A stretch of DNA of 64,000 bases. Source: Christensenellaceae bacterium (GTDB taxonomy: Bacteria > Bacillota > Clostridia > Christensenellales > DTU072). The stretch is taken from NCBI GenBank assembly GCA_031259965.1, contig JAIRKT010000022.1, forward strand, positions 17,997 through 81,996, given 5' to 3'. This document shows positions 47,701 through 57,443 of the stretch, one piece after another (position 1 is the first letter of the stretch; the number at the start of each line of letters is the position of its first letter). The notes below the pieces were generated by a model that was not told where the DNA came from, did no database searches, and saw only the letters and a list, made by a program, of their open reading frames with translations. The position numbers and the translations under genes were made by a program.

Positions 47701-50700
47701 ACCAATTCCTGGCACGGTTATTCAGAGTGTAACAGTTGATGGTATCTCAGAGACGATAGGATATAATGTATCATCACATCGCCTGGTATTTACCAATTTA
47801 CGTGATCATCATGAGGTAGAGGTTTTTAATGAGGCACAAAACTTTAAGGTTGCATACTATATCTCAAACATAGTAGAAAATAATGGGAATGAAGATGATA
47901 ATACATTCGCATACTCTCCTGACGCATTAACTTTAATAGACACAGCTAGTTATTTAAATGGATATGCTATTGTAATAAGACCAGGGTTGGGCAGAGATAT
48001 TTCGAATGTAAGTACAATAATAGTTAAAAATTCCGACACAGGAGAAGATATAACTAACACATTAACCATTCAAATCAGTCTTAATGGCGACGACAAAAAA
48101 ATAACAATAACAGGTATCAGATCTAATATTGAATTATTTGTGCCATTAGCTGATACTACTACGAAAGTTCCTCAGGCAAATCCCATTGTTACACTAAAAT
48201 ATGATGAATCCATGGCGACAATTACTTACGATGGGACAGAGTTTAGTGTAATTGATAATAAAACTATAACCGCATCAATTAATACTGAAATTCAGTTTAA
48301 CATAATGCCCATTGGCGATAATATTTTGAAATATGTAACAATTAATGGAGTACATAAGGCGGATGTGCTAGAAGGTGCAACTTCATTCACAATAATTGGT
48401 TTTAATATGACTACAATTATTGATTTTGTGTTTGCGGAAAAGCAGTATACTCTCACAATGGACAAGGAAGGCGCTGGTCTGATATTTGCTGATATTGTGA
48501 GATTCGCAAGCAGACAGGGGATTTATCTTAGCATAATACCTGACGCTGGTTACAGGGTGTCGGAGTTTTCTATAGCTAATATAGTAACAGATTGGGTAGC
48601 TATTGGAAGAAACGATATAATTGATCAGGTAAACAGTGGCAATTACGTTGTGCATCTTGAAAACAATGATACTTTATCTGACATGACAATCAGAGTCAAA
48701 TTTGCGCCACTCACCTATCAGTTGGTAATTACCGCGCCTTCTAGTGATGGAGCGGCTGATGGAACATATGGCGCGCTGGTTGATGCAGGAAATATAATAT
48801 TTGGGAGTCCAATCCCAGTGAGTTATGGCGCGACGTTTACACTAAAACTCGGTGCCGCGGAAAATTGTTTTATAGAGCGTGTTGATCTCATATACAATTA
48901 TTTGAATCCGTTGACAACATTTACCACTTCGATTTATCCAGATGAGTTGATGTCACCTGAAGTTGAAAATTATAGATATACAGGTGGCACGCTAAATTTC
49001 ACAATCACTGGTAATATGAGAGTTGAAATCGTATTTACACCAAATAGGTATACTGCAGCTGTTGTGCAGACTTCAAATGGTTCAGTAGAAATTAGATCAA
49101 GCTCTACAAACACTATATACGAGAAAAATGGTTTAATAACACTATATTCGAACGAATCATTATTTATAAGAATGACAGCAGATAAAGGCTATCATATTGC
49201 AAAACTCTACATTAACGGAACTGAAATTGCACCAGTGCTTTGGAAACTCGACACAATCGATGACAACAATAATAGGATAGTAGAATATATCTACGAGCTT
49301 GATGATTCATCGAATAACTATGCAATTTATGCTGAATTCCAAATAAACAAATACTCTATTCAATATGAGATAATTAATTCAAGTATTAATTATGCCGCAA
49401 ATGATCTTAATGTTTCGCAGTTTGGAACACTGAGGATTGATGGATTGTTGCCTTTGCTCTTAGACGGAAATGGCAAACTAGGCATTTATACAGAGATTGA
49501 TCATGGTGCTGATATAACATTCAGGTTTAGCCCTATTATTTCAAAAGGGTACTATGTATCTAGTTTTATGATTCATTGGACAGATCCAGATGATCCAAAC
49601 ACTTCGCAGGAAAAGCATGAAACACTATTAAATGAAGCTCAGACTGGGTTTTTTACAAGACAAGGGCTTAATGCAAACTTAAGAATAGAAGTTGAATACA
49701 AACGAAGTGTATACGATTTCTCACACGCATTTGCCCCAGATCAAGGCTCTAGCAGTTTTACAAGCAACGGATCGATGACGATTACATTTACTAATCCATA
49801 TACTGGACAACCCATAGATGTAGGTTCTCAGATCGAATATGGTACCTCGTATAATGTTTCAGTAAAACCCGGCGTTGGCTATTATTTATCCTCATTTTTA
49901 GTTAACAATCAAGAGATGTTATCATCTGTCTACTCATTAATGTATTTTGGAGATGTTAGAACAAATGTTGTTTTGAACGCTATATACAAAATAAATACTT
50001 ATGAGGTTGTTTTCTTATCAAATTCAGCTGGTGGGTACGTTGAAGTCTTTACAACAGACGAAAATGTACAAGCAATAGATGGGAATCCCGCACTAATATG
50101 GTCTAACAATCCAGAATACAATTTAAAACTCGAAGAAGAAATAATAACGAATTCTGGAGTTATTTATGTTTACTCGAACTATATTACAGTAACTCATAAT
50201 ACAGAGTTAAAAATAGTATCTATTCCGAACGCATCTCAGGGTTATCAGGTTGGAGAGGTTGCGGTGAATGGCGTGCCTAAATCGATAAACACAACGCCTG
50301 GATCTGAATATATGTTTGTTCAAAGGGTTGAAGAAACTAGTTCAACCCAAAAAATGGAAGTTAATACGGCATTTGTGTTAAGGCGTTTAAAGGTAAATTT
50401 AGTAGCACAAGATTTGGTATTAGCATGTGATAATTTTAACGCAATGTCACCATCAGAAGTTGATTATGGAGGTAACTCAAGTTCACCTGCTAATGCGAGA
50501 TTGCGCACAGGCTATAGTGTTGGTGCCATCGCAATATTGCGTGGTAATGAAACCTTCAGCTATAGTAGTTCACAATTAGAACTAATAAATACAACACGAC
50601 TGATAGAATTACGAATCGATAATATTTACGACGAAATAACTGTCACAATTACCTTTAAAAGAGACGCATACGATATTACATTCTCTGGTGACTATAATAA

Positions 50701-53700
50701 AGAATATGATATAGGGCATGGGATCTCTCAAAACTCTTTGTCAATAGCTGGTGTTTTAATTGCTAATAGAATTGCCAGTTTCTCAAGTAATATTAGTGAG
50801 ACACATCCTTTGTATAGTGCTGTAGCGCCAGCTGAAATTGAAATTTTTAGTAACAACACCGTACAGGGGATAACAGAATACAATGATAGCATAATCGTTT
50901 ATATTATGCCAGTCGATGGCTATCATGTTGCCTCTATACTAATCAAAATGGTAAATAGCATCCAGACAGAAAATATTAATGATTTTGAATATTCAACGCT
51001 TGGTGGTTATTATTCTTTCTTTATACCGGCAGTAACAGGAGAACTGACGATTGATGTTCAATATGAAATTAATAGTTATGCAGTAATCTTTAATATGCCG
51101 CAAAATGGGAGTTTAACTGACGGTTATATTACTACAATAAAACATCATGAATTGTTGAATTTAAAATATACAGCAAATGCTGGATATCATTTAACGGCAC
51201 TTAGAGTTAATGGATTTACAGTTTATACAAACTATGAAATAAAACATAACGATAATGGCACAGTTTCGTATATTTACAGCACATCGGGTTATTATATATC
51301 GGACTCTGCATTAAAAGAAATAAGGGTTGACGCGCTTTTTGAATTGAATATATTTAATGTGTCAATTTATGTTAATGGTGTCGACGCCTCATCGGTTAAT
51401 CCTGATAGCACTCTTATCCCTGTATTAAATAATACTACAGGCAAATTAACTTATGGGTCACTAGCCACAATCATACAAAACAAGGCTGAAGGGTATAGTA
51501 TAACAAATATAGTTTTGGCCAATGCCTTGCTAAATCCTGACTGGCAGACAAGTGACGGTCAATTTGCAAGCAGTTATGGTTTGAATGCGTTTGAGTTTTT
51601 AGTTAGCAGATTCTCTAGCGAATTAGATTTTCATAATCCAGCTGTAAACACTTTATACATACTATATGCTACTGAATTAGATAAACATACTCCATTAATA
51701 ACAACATATTTATACGAAACCGGCAAAGAATATGATGACGTTCCAACATATGAAGATAGTTTGGGTGCAACAAAGAAAATATTTGATTTAGAGGTTTCAT
51801 ACAATACATCTCCTAGTGGAGGAAAATATAGCTATTTCACAAGGGCCACTTATCTATTAACACTAAATGAAGATGTTAATTATTATTTTGCAGGTTTTCA
51901 AGAATTGAAAAATGGAAGCTGGGTTTATTGCACTGACGGATCAGACGGCGTACAATTAACACAGGGTGGATATATGCTACAGTATCAAACGACGAGCTCA
52001 AGATCGTTTAGAGCAGTGGTGTATAGAATATATACTATTGAAGTAAGGGTTTATCCTGACTACAAATATACAGGTGGTTCATACACAGTTACCTCTTCTA
52101 CTACTACATATAGGTTATACACCACAATTACGACAGTAGCTAGATTTACTAATGAAAATAGACCAAATTTGGCGGGCAACTCCTTATCATATTCGCCTGT
52201 TGATGAAGATTTTGATCTAAAGAACGGAGTAGGGATTTACAGAGTATATAGTGGTGCTACTTTAACTGTACAAGTTGTAGATACTCTCGGGAATGTTGCA
52301 AACAATGATACAAAGGGCTACAAATATTATTATGTAGAGAGAACTGAGGATGACAAGCCTATTAGTCAAACTCTAACTAACAAATTAACGGTTAGTTCGG
52401 GCGGTGACACTGTAGTTGGGGACAAACTAATTCATATTTATGCTGAAAACCAGGTCAAACTAAGTGTTGGCGTCCTAACAGAGGGATCATCTACAGGCTC
52501 TGAAGGTGGCACGGTAAATTATTTTAATGAATTTGATGCGCGTATCTATTTAGATAATACCACCTCATTATCTGTAACGCCAAATTCAAAAATAAGAATA
52601 GAAATAATACCAAATAACAATTTTAGATTTGACAATATTTCATTCAAAAATGCGCTAGCAATACCTGGAGCTAACGATACAAAACGATTTGACGAAACGT
52701 GGACCACTGTCGCTGATCATACTATGAATACAGGGTATGAAAATAGGATTTTTAATGTAGCAATCACTTATGTGGGTACTAGAATCACTAAAGTTACAGT
52801 TACCATTCATGCAATAGAGAACATGATATTTAATATCAAATTCTGGAAGCAAATAAATGTAGTTGCGGAGGCGCGTTTATTCTCTAATACTGAATCTGTC
52901 TCTACTTCAATAGATGCTTCCCTAAAAGCTAAAATAACAAATGCATTAGAAGTTACACCTGGCATATACAATTATGGTGATGAAGTTAAAATTACAATAG
53001 ATTATAATGATTTGTTGGTTGCTAATGAGTGGAATGCACAGTATCGATTTATCGGTTTTTATATTAACGGAATAAACACATATGAAAGACTAGGGCAGGG
53101 ATTCCCATCTGAAGCTGATTTTGTAAAGACTATAAAACTTGATTCATCAATTCCAATAGTGGGAGGAACTACTACAGAGTATACAGTTTCTATAGTTGCA
53201 ATGTTTGTGCCTGTACTGAATTTTTATATAGAAAATTCGGCTGATATGAGCGTTGAAGAATATCAAGAGAAGTTTGATTTTGGCAATGTATCGGTTGAGA
53301 CTTATGAGTATTCAAGTGCCAGACCACAATATTTTACAACTACTTCAATTATAAAATCATACGCAATATCAGATTCATCATACACTAAAGTGTTGAGGGC
53401 CATGTCTAGAATTAATGGACTTAGTGGTCAGGACATGAGTTCAGCTACTAGTGAATATAATGTTTTCAACACTAACATGTTAACATTAACATGGGTTGAT
53501 GCCTCACAGGTGCTTAGCACTGGCTTGCTCTATTCTGATATGTTCTTGTTTATGAGTTGGCAGGTGTATGATGTTAAACAAGGTGCATGGGTTGATTTGA
53601 CATATGAGGATTCAACTAATCCAAATAACCGGCCTACTTCTACGGTCTATTCTCTGCCTCTCAGTGTGTTGCTAGCGTATTCATATCTGGGTGCTAGTGA

Positions 53701-56700
53701 TCAAGATATGATTAAGTATATACAAGGGGTTGACATTTCTGGATCTGGTACTATACAAGATATACCAGTTATTAAGATAAGACCATATTATAGACGAAAA
53801 GAAGTTGTTACAATAATACCTGAAGTATGCTATGACAATCCTACGATACCCAACCCAGAGCGTTCATCAGAGGTATCAGCATATATAGTAGGTATAAATC
53901 AGCCTACTGCACAGTTTATATATGGAGATGTTATAACTCTAAATCATGGTTTAGCTAAAAACTCACAATACGCTTTTAAAGGTTGGTACTTGCAAGGTGA
54001 TACGAGCCCTATTCCAGATGAAGGGATGACTCTAGAGCAATTTGAAAACAATAAAGAGATAGGCTATGCGATTATAGCCAACACTAATCTTTTGGCTGTT
54101 AGGATGAACGATACTCGCGTATTTACACCCGTATACGTCAAGCAATGGGTTATTACCATAAAAACAATGAATCTCTCTGCGAGCCTTGGGTCTAGTTATG
54201 TTCAAAACAGCACTCTGAGTTTATCAGAGATAGATAATGAAGGTAAAACAAATGACTCGTCACGGCTCATTCAAATAACAATGGAAGCCGGCACAGAGGT
54301 TAAGTTTGGATTTGTAACACCTACAGATTCATATTATGATGCTAAGTACGATAAATATATCGCATCATACTTAACCGTTGATGGTATAGTATCGCCTATT
54401 AGTGTTTTTTCGTCTGAATCTGCTGCGTCAAATTCTGTCGCCTGCATAATCGATCAAAATAAAAATATACCCACCTCAACAGCGGGTGATCAAAGCAAAT
54501 TGTTGTATGATGATGGAAATGGTCCATATTTTAAGGTTATAGCTGATAGTGCAAAGGTTATAGAAGTGCAATTTAAAATATTTGGTGAAATTGAGATAAG
54601 AAATGTGTATGCTAAGTCGACATTGATAATTCCTGAATCACTAGCAGAAGCACTCGCCGTTTCCTCTGGTTATGTAGACACGTATATAGTTGACGATGGC
54701 GAACGCGATGAACTTAAAGATCAAGTAGGTGTGATTGGAATTAAAAATATACCAATTGAACCTAGCAAGCCATATAACGAATATTTAGACACAGATGAAG
54801 GTGCTGTCTCTGGGTTTGGAAATAGCATATCAACCCCAAATGGCACAACAATAGAGATAAGGTTTAAAACACTAAATCAAACCTTTTTGAATATGAGTGG
54901 AGATGCGCTAAACGGTATCACGTATGCCAAGAAACAAATATTTGCCTTCTATTCTGGTGGTGGACAACTTGGAGCCTCTGGACATGAAGAGCCATTTGCG
55001 GACGCATTTTCTACCAATGCTGGTGATGGTACAGAAAACAAGCCATTCTTAATAGCAAACGCGCGGCATATGGAATTTGTTAATTCTTTGTACATCGCAT
55101 CAGCTGATCAGCCACAATTTTATTCATTAGCAGGCATATATTTTAAGCTAAAAAATTCTATTAATTTAGCTGGTGCTTTAATAAATGGCATTGCTTCAGA
55201 TGGTAGGGGATTTGACGCAAACTTTGATGGTGATGGCTATTCACTAAACAATTGGAATAGAAGTGATTCCTATTCGGATAATGTTGGTATATTCGCGCAA
55301 CTAGCGCCTGGTTCTATCATAAAAAACTTGTTTGTAGGTGGAACAGTTAGTTTAATTGAGGGAAAATCAAACGTTGGATATTTGGCTGGTCTTGCAAACG
55401 GTGCTACACTTACAAACATAGGAACAGCTACTGCTGCTAACTCCCAAAAGAATGTAGCGGGGATCAATAATGTTGGTGGTTTGATTGGTGCAGCTTATGA
55501 TACGACAATAATAGGATTTGACGGTAATGGTGCTTCTTCTGAAAAAATAGCGGGTGATTATGGAATATTAATGTCATTCTTTGTGTCAGGTTATTATAAC
55601 ATAGGTGGGGTTGTTGGTTTAATAGGCCCTGGAAGTACCATGGCTAATATAGAAATGCGAAACCCATCGATTTATATTGAAACTGAGTATGGTAATTCTA
55701 ATTCAGGAAGAGGCGGCGGCGGTGTAGTTGGTAGTGTAATCACTAGTGACATAGGCGATTCAAAAGTTGGTTTAGAAAATATTACTGTATATGCACCTGA
55801 AGTTGGACCACAGGGTAGTGATAGTGTTTATGTTGGTGGCATTGTTGGTTTGAATGAAGGACGACAATTAAAGAACCTAAAAGTTAAAGGAGTTGTTAAT
55901 ATCAACTCAAAATTCTCTACAAACGGAGCTACTGATTTTACTGGTTTTGCTGTACAAGAGCAGACAATCATTGGTAACAATAGTGGTGTGCCTGGATTTG
56001 GCGGTGGTGGGATTGTAGGATATAATAAGTCATACTTTATAAACGGCGCACTACGTTTTACTGCCTCCATAGATGGAGCTGAATATGACGGAGATTCCGC
56101 AATAACACACACCTTATCAGGATCTGTAATGGGTGGTGTTATTGGCATAAATGGCAGAGGAAGCGAATTAAGAAATGCTAAGACAGCAAGTAATAAATTC
56201 GAAACTACAAGGTCAACTCGAGTTGGTGGTATATTTGGTGTTATTGTAGGATATAATGCGGGTGGTATTTATTCTGCTGAAGCAGTAACTACTAAATGGC
56301 AACCAAACAAGGATAACACCGGAACCGCCACACAAGCTAGTTATGATACAACTTCAGGACAAAACATAACATATCTTGTAAAATCCACAGATTCAGTTTA
56401 TGTTTATGTTAACGCTGATACTAGTGTTCTTACTAACGTTAACCAATACAAAAGTGGACCTGATCCAACTACAATATTCCTTGGAGGAATTGCAGGATAC
56501 AATTCTGCAAATGGTAAAATAGAGGATTCAAAATTTAAAGGCAAATTAATGACTAATAGATTGTATTCACGTGAAGTTGTTAGTTACACGTATGTAGGTG
56601 GTATTGCTGGTGTTGTAGAGTCAGCCTATCAGTCAATAAAAAATTGTACCGTTACTGACTCTGCGTTGTTTACTTATTCAATGATTTGGGTTGATGCGGA

Positions 56701-57094
56701 TAGCAATATGACATCTGAAACTGGGCTGGGCGGCATAACTGGATACACCTCGGATTTTGGTAGTTTCTATGATAATAGTGCAACAAATTCAGAATTAGGA
56801 ATCATGTGCTTTGGTAATGGTTCTGAATATAACGATTGGCCTCTACCCGCATTGATCAGTGTTCCATCTGGCAATGGCAGCGTTAAAAATTCTGGTAACG
56901 CTAAAGTCACGGCTTACCACTTAACCTCTAATAACAATACGGAATCAGGGATTGGTTATGAAACGCATAGAACAGACAAAGGAATCCCAGGTGATATTCG
57001 CAATGGCTCTTATTCACTAGTATTTGTGGTATATTATCGTTATACTGGTTTTTATAGAAATATTAATATAGATAAGCAAAATGTGACAGGTTAG
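44714..57094 (+). CDS. Giant surface protein: N-terminal signal-anchor, InlB-B-repeat-type modules, C-terminal GLUG region (4,126 aa)
   Basis: ATG with a GGAG RBS 6 nt upstream. N-terminal TM (IGIIVCIVLIIASAIVAAVLI). The 12.4-kb frame is uninterrupted. There is no C-terminal TM or LPXTG. Confidence 0.92.
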   Translation: MSDGLSNIGRAKFSVRSARHIGIIVCIVLIIASAIVAAVLISKAAPIEDLPAKKITAILPENDARIGLNANLDSVNVRVVYSDGSSEIKTLTDLSVTGLDTTKPGELENVVLNFGGFVQIVSYTVMPIEKVIKYLALEGGSIEGDAEQHVPSGGSATSVRANPDEGYRFVEWSDGVKQAQRTDLMVSQDKQLSASFAKLKYLVIFYYPNGTTGREKYIEHGDPVIDIPSEENDKEMQLYGYKFVSWNVDNSEISRVTRELHIYPQYEKYSADFSLEISTSADGLALASTSGLREYYTLEETASLTIIPNPERTFVGFEILTAGNIWVSLAAADDSGPKTSAYAIGSSNNLITFISSKNGVRDEYLLTFVPTSQTTSIQVRARLVYDTSEISFTSMSLVVRSPINLALNQTIGSFFSVGSSSDELFVAVLPPSADGYEFRGWYIKDGAVNDSGEPVLITNSTTFERPTELIAYHVKKVYTITFSKGNIQGTVFAERSIKLYWQEVLGGAGENAFPDAIPQLTNYTFVGWYRLNGEVETDNFVDKTTRVDGDMQLYPKFLVNTKKLLIEADGSGEITIAKNDGTPVSVYGNYSLEVNQKYTIKFLAAEGYIVYSSAITLDDGVPNTTIQNVSEYTYVIGANNTTIIHDYRIKITFTRRLHEAMISNGDGQNNGIVEYDDILEGNENGNYTHISSDDSAFTIKIAHGSGKILWITAKEGYYISAITIGGVPVSNLPMTSQYSAVLQEVYGNMSVEITYSPITFSSIIIPSTNGSVERSNHGSATHTYGDNPEFRIEAEAGYYISKVVLDGVVVNPYLTTASSSYIISHIVVLGKEYQPVEGVNHDERTEKYNIQVIGRSVDFTIEAEFTPIYYKIQTTTEGLGEARAAQDRVGFGGSVLINASTLSNYYVASYQVNDESQMLFGDSAQSTSQSIKLENITEDKLVKIIFSGKVYSISFIGANNMATVEFVSAATSKPETHNLNYTALVEAGTTAEFTIKPIPGTVIQSVTVDGISETIGYNVSSHRLVFTNLRDHHEVEVFNEAQNFKVAYYISNIVENNGNEDDNTFAYSPDALTLIDTASYLNGYAIVIRPGLGRDISNVSTIIVKNSDTGEDITNTLTIQISLNGDDKKITITGIRSNIELFVPLADTTTKVPQANPIVTLKYDESMATITYDGTEFSVIDNKTITASINTEIQFNIMPIGDNILKYVTINGVHKADVLEGATSFTIIGFNMTTIIDFVFAEKQYTLTMDKEGAGLIFADIVRFASRQGIYLSIIPDAGYRVSEFSIANIVTDWVAIGRNDIIDQVNSGNYVVHLENNDTLSDMTIRVKFAPLTYQLVITAPSSDGAADGTYGALVDAGNIIFGSPIPVSYGATFTLKLGAAENCFIERVDLIYNYLNPLTTFTTSIYPDELMSPEVENYRYTGGTLNFTITGNMRVEIVFTPNRYTAAVVQTSNGSVEIRSSSTNTIYEKNGLITLYSNESLFIRMTADKGYHIAKLYINGTEIAPVLWKLDTIDDNNNRIVEYIYELDDSSNNYAIYAEFQINKYSIQYEIINSSINYAANDLNVSQFGTLRIDGLLPLLLDGNGKLGIYTEIDHGADITFRFSPIISKGYYVSSFMIHWTDPDDPNTSQEKHETLLNEAQTGFFTRQGLNANLRIEVEYKRSVYDFSHAFAPDQGSSSFTSNGSMTITFTNPYTGQPIDVGSQIEYGTSYNVSVKPGVGYYLSSFLVNNQEMLSSVYSLMYFGDVRTNVVLNAIYKINTYEVVFLSNSAGGYVEVFTTDENVQAIDGNPALIWSNNPEYNLKLEEEIITNSGVIYVYSNYITVTHNTELKIVSIPNASQGYQVGEVAVNGVPKSINTTPGSEYMFVQRVEETSSTQKMEVNTAFVLRRLKVNLVAQDLVLACDNFNAMSPSEVDYGGNSSSPANARLRTGYSVGAIAILRGNETFSYSSSQLELINTTRLIELRIDNIYDEITVTITFKRDAYDITFSGDYNKEYDIGHGISQNSLSIAGVLIANRIASFSSNISETHPLYSAVAPAEIEIFSNNTVQGITEYNDSIIVYIMPVDGYHVASILIKMVNSIQTENINDFEYSTLGGYYSFFIPAVTGELTIDVQYEINSYAVIFNMPQNGSLTDGYITTIKHHELLNLKYTANAGYHLTALRVNGFTVYTNYEIKHNDNGTVSYIYSTSGYYISDSALKEIRVDALFELNIFNVSIYVNGVDASSVNPDSTLIPVLNNTTGKLTYGSLATIIQNKAEGYSITNIVLANALLNPDWQTSDGQFASSYGLNAFEFLVSRFSSELDFHNPAVNTLYILYATELDKHTPLITTYLYETGKEYDDVPTYEDSLGATKKIFDLEVSYNTSPSGGKYSYFTRATYLLTLNEDVNYYFAGFQELKNGSWVYCTDGSDGVQLTQGGYMLQYQTTSSRSFRAVVYRIYTIEVRVYPDYKYTGGSYTVTSSTTTYRLYTTITTVARFTNENRPNLAGNSLSYSPVDEDFDLKNGVGIYRVYSGATLTVQVVDTLGNVANNDTKGYKYYYVERTEDDKPISQTLTNKLTVSSGGDTVVGDKLIHIYAENQVKLSVGVLTEGSSTGSEGGTVNYFNEFDARIYLDNTTSLSVTPNSKIRIEIIPNNNFRFDNISFKNALAIPGANDTKRFDETWTTVADHTMNTGYENRIFNVAITYVGTRITKVTVTIHAIENMIFNIKFWKQINVVAEARLFSNTESVSTSIDASLKAKITNALEVTPGIYNYGDEVKITIDYNDLLVANEWNAQYRFIGFYINGINTYERLGQGFPSEADFVKTIKLDSSIPIVGGTTTEYTVSIVAMFVPVLNFYIENSADMSVEEYQEKFDFGNVSVETYEYSSARPQYFTTTSIIKSYAISDSSYTKVLRAMSRINGLSGQDMSSATSEYNVFNTNMLTLTWVDASQVLSTGLLYSDMFLFMSWQVYDVKQGAWVDLTYEDSTNPNNRPTSTVYSLPLSVLLAYSYLGASDQDMIKYIQGVDISGSGTIQDIPVIKIRPYYRRKEVVTIIPEVCYDNPTIPNPERSSEVSAYIVGINQPTAQFIYGDVITLNHGLAKNSQYAFKGWYLQGDTSPIPDEGMTLEQFENNKEIGYAIIANTNLLAVRMNDTRVFTPVYVKQWVITIKTMNLSASLGSSYVQNSTLSLSEIDNEGKTNDSSRLIQITMEAGTEVKFGFVTPTDSYYDAKYDKYIASYLTVDGIVSPISVFSSESAASNSVACIIDQNKNIPTSTAGDQSKLLYDDGNGPYFKVIADSAKVIEVQFKIFGEIEIRNVYAKSTLIIPESLAEALAVSSGYVDTYIVDDGERDELKDQVGVIGIKNIPIEPSKPYNEYLDTDEGAVSGFGNSISTPNGTTIEIRFKTLNQTFLNMSGDALNGITYAKKQIFAFYSGGGQLGASGHEEPFADAFSTNAGDGTENKPFLIANARHMEFVNSLYIASADQPQFYSLAGIYFKLKNSINLAGALINGIASDGRGFDANFDGDGYSLNNWNRSDSYSDNVGIFAQLAPGSIIKNLFVGGTVSLIEGKSNVGYLAGLANGATLTNIGTATAANSQKNVAGINNVGGLIGAAYDTTIIGFDGNGASSEKIAGDYGILMSFFVSGYYNIGGVVGLIGPGSTMANIEMRNPSIYIETEYGNSNSGRGGGGVVGSVITSDIGDSKVGLENITVYAPEVGPQGSDSVYVGGIVGLNEGRQLKNLKVKGVVNINSKFSTNGATDFTGFAVQEQTIIGNNSGVPGFGGGGIVGYNKSYFINGALRFTASIDGAEYDGDSAITHTLSGSVMGGVIGINGRGSELRNAKTASNKFETTRSTRVGGIFGVIVGYNAGGIYSAEAVTTKWQPNKDNTGTATQASYDTTSGQNITYLVKSTDSVYVYVNADTSVLTNVNQYKSGPDPTTIFLGGIAGYNSANGKIEDSKFKGKLMTNRLYSREVVSYTYVGGIAGVVESAYQSIKNCTVTDSALFTYSMIWVDADSNMTSETGLGGITGYTSDFGSFYDNSATNSELGIMCFGNGSEYNDWPLPALISVPSGNGSVKNSGNAKVTAYHLTSNNNTESGIGYETHRTDKGIPGDIRNGSYSLVFVVYYRYTGFYRNINIDKQNVTG
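45090..54100 (+). repeat. Long series of Listeria-Bacteroides / divergent InlB B-repeat-like modules (approximate bounds)
   Basis: Canonical copies are DEGYRFVEWSDG, LYGYKFVSWNVD, ADGYEFRGWYIKDG, LTNYTFVGWYRLNG, QYRFIGFYINGIN and QYAFKGWYLQGD. There are also many ~85-95-aa modules with an (A/E/D)-x-GY-(Y/H/R)-(I/V)-x(3)-(I/V)-x-(V/I)-(N/D)G motif, such as KEGYYISAITIGGV, EAGYYISKVVLDGV, DKGYHIAKLYINGT and NAGYHLTALRVNGF. Confidence 0.6.
55030..57094 (+). other. C-terminal GLUG-motif region (~690 aa)
   Basis: GDGTENKPFLIANARHMEFVN...FDGDGYSLNNW...GIFAQL is followed by at least 10 G-x-(I/V)-(G/V)G-type repeats. Examples are NVGGLIGAAY, YNIGGVVGLIG, GGGGVVGSV, VYVGGIVGLNEG, GGGGIVGYN, MGGVIGINGRG, RVGGIFGVIVGYN, FLGGIAGYNS, YVGGIAGVVE and GLGGITGYT. 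Confidence 0.6.
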
Positions 57095-57130
57095 TAAATT
57101 AAGTTGCAATAAACTATATACTAAATTGTG

Positions 57131-57175
57131 GCGCGCTAGCTTTTAATTATATTAAGATGCTAGCGCGCTTTGTCG
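57131..57175 (+). terminator. Terminator of the 4,126-aa gene
   Basis: GCGCGCTAGC (57131-57140) pairs perfectly with GCTAGCGCGC (57159-57168) around an 18-nt AT loop, followed by TTTGTCG. It lies 37 nt after the stop. Confidence 0.7.
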
Positions 57176-57443
57176 TAGTTCTAAAGTCTGCATAAATTAA
57201 TGTCATTTAAACTTAAATGCAGAGTGCAAGAATTTTAATTTTCAAGTGAAAATTATATAAAAGATGTCAGTTTGAATTAATTTAGAAATAGGGGCTATTT
57301 AAATGATGGTTAAAATATTTTAGGGGCGATATGAAAAACATGCAATTTCTATCTAATACAAATTTTTTTTGCTCAATTACTTATTAAACTATTAGTTTAG
57401 TAAATAATACCAAAATTAAGTTTAGAAATATTAATTAAAATGT

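Noticed and set aside
29149-57094. Many 60-137-aa ORFs nested in or antisense to the giant genes (e.g. 38635-38998, 39703-40180, 55270-55467, 55828-56148, 48383-48655, 11494-11754, 12919-13284)
   Set aside because: All lie within uninterrupted 10-14 kb frames with clear repeat-domain logic. None has an RBS or a recognisable motif. They are expected by chance on the opposite or alternate frames of long genes.
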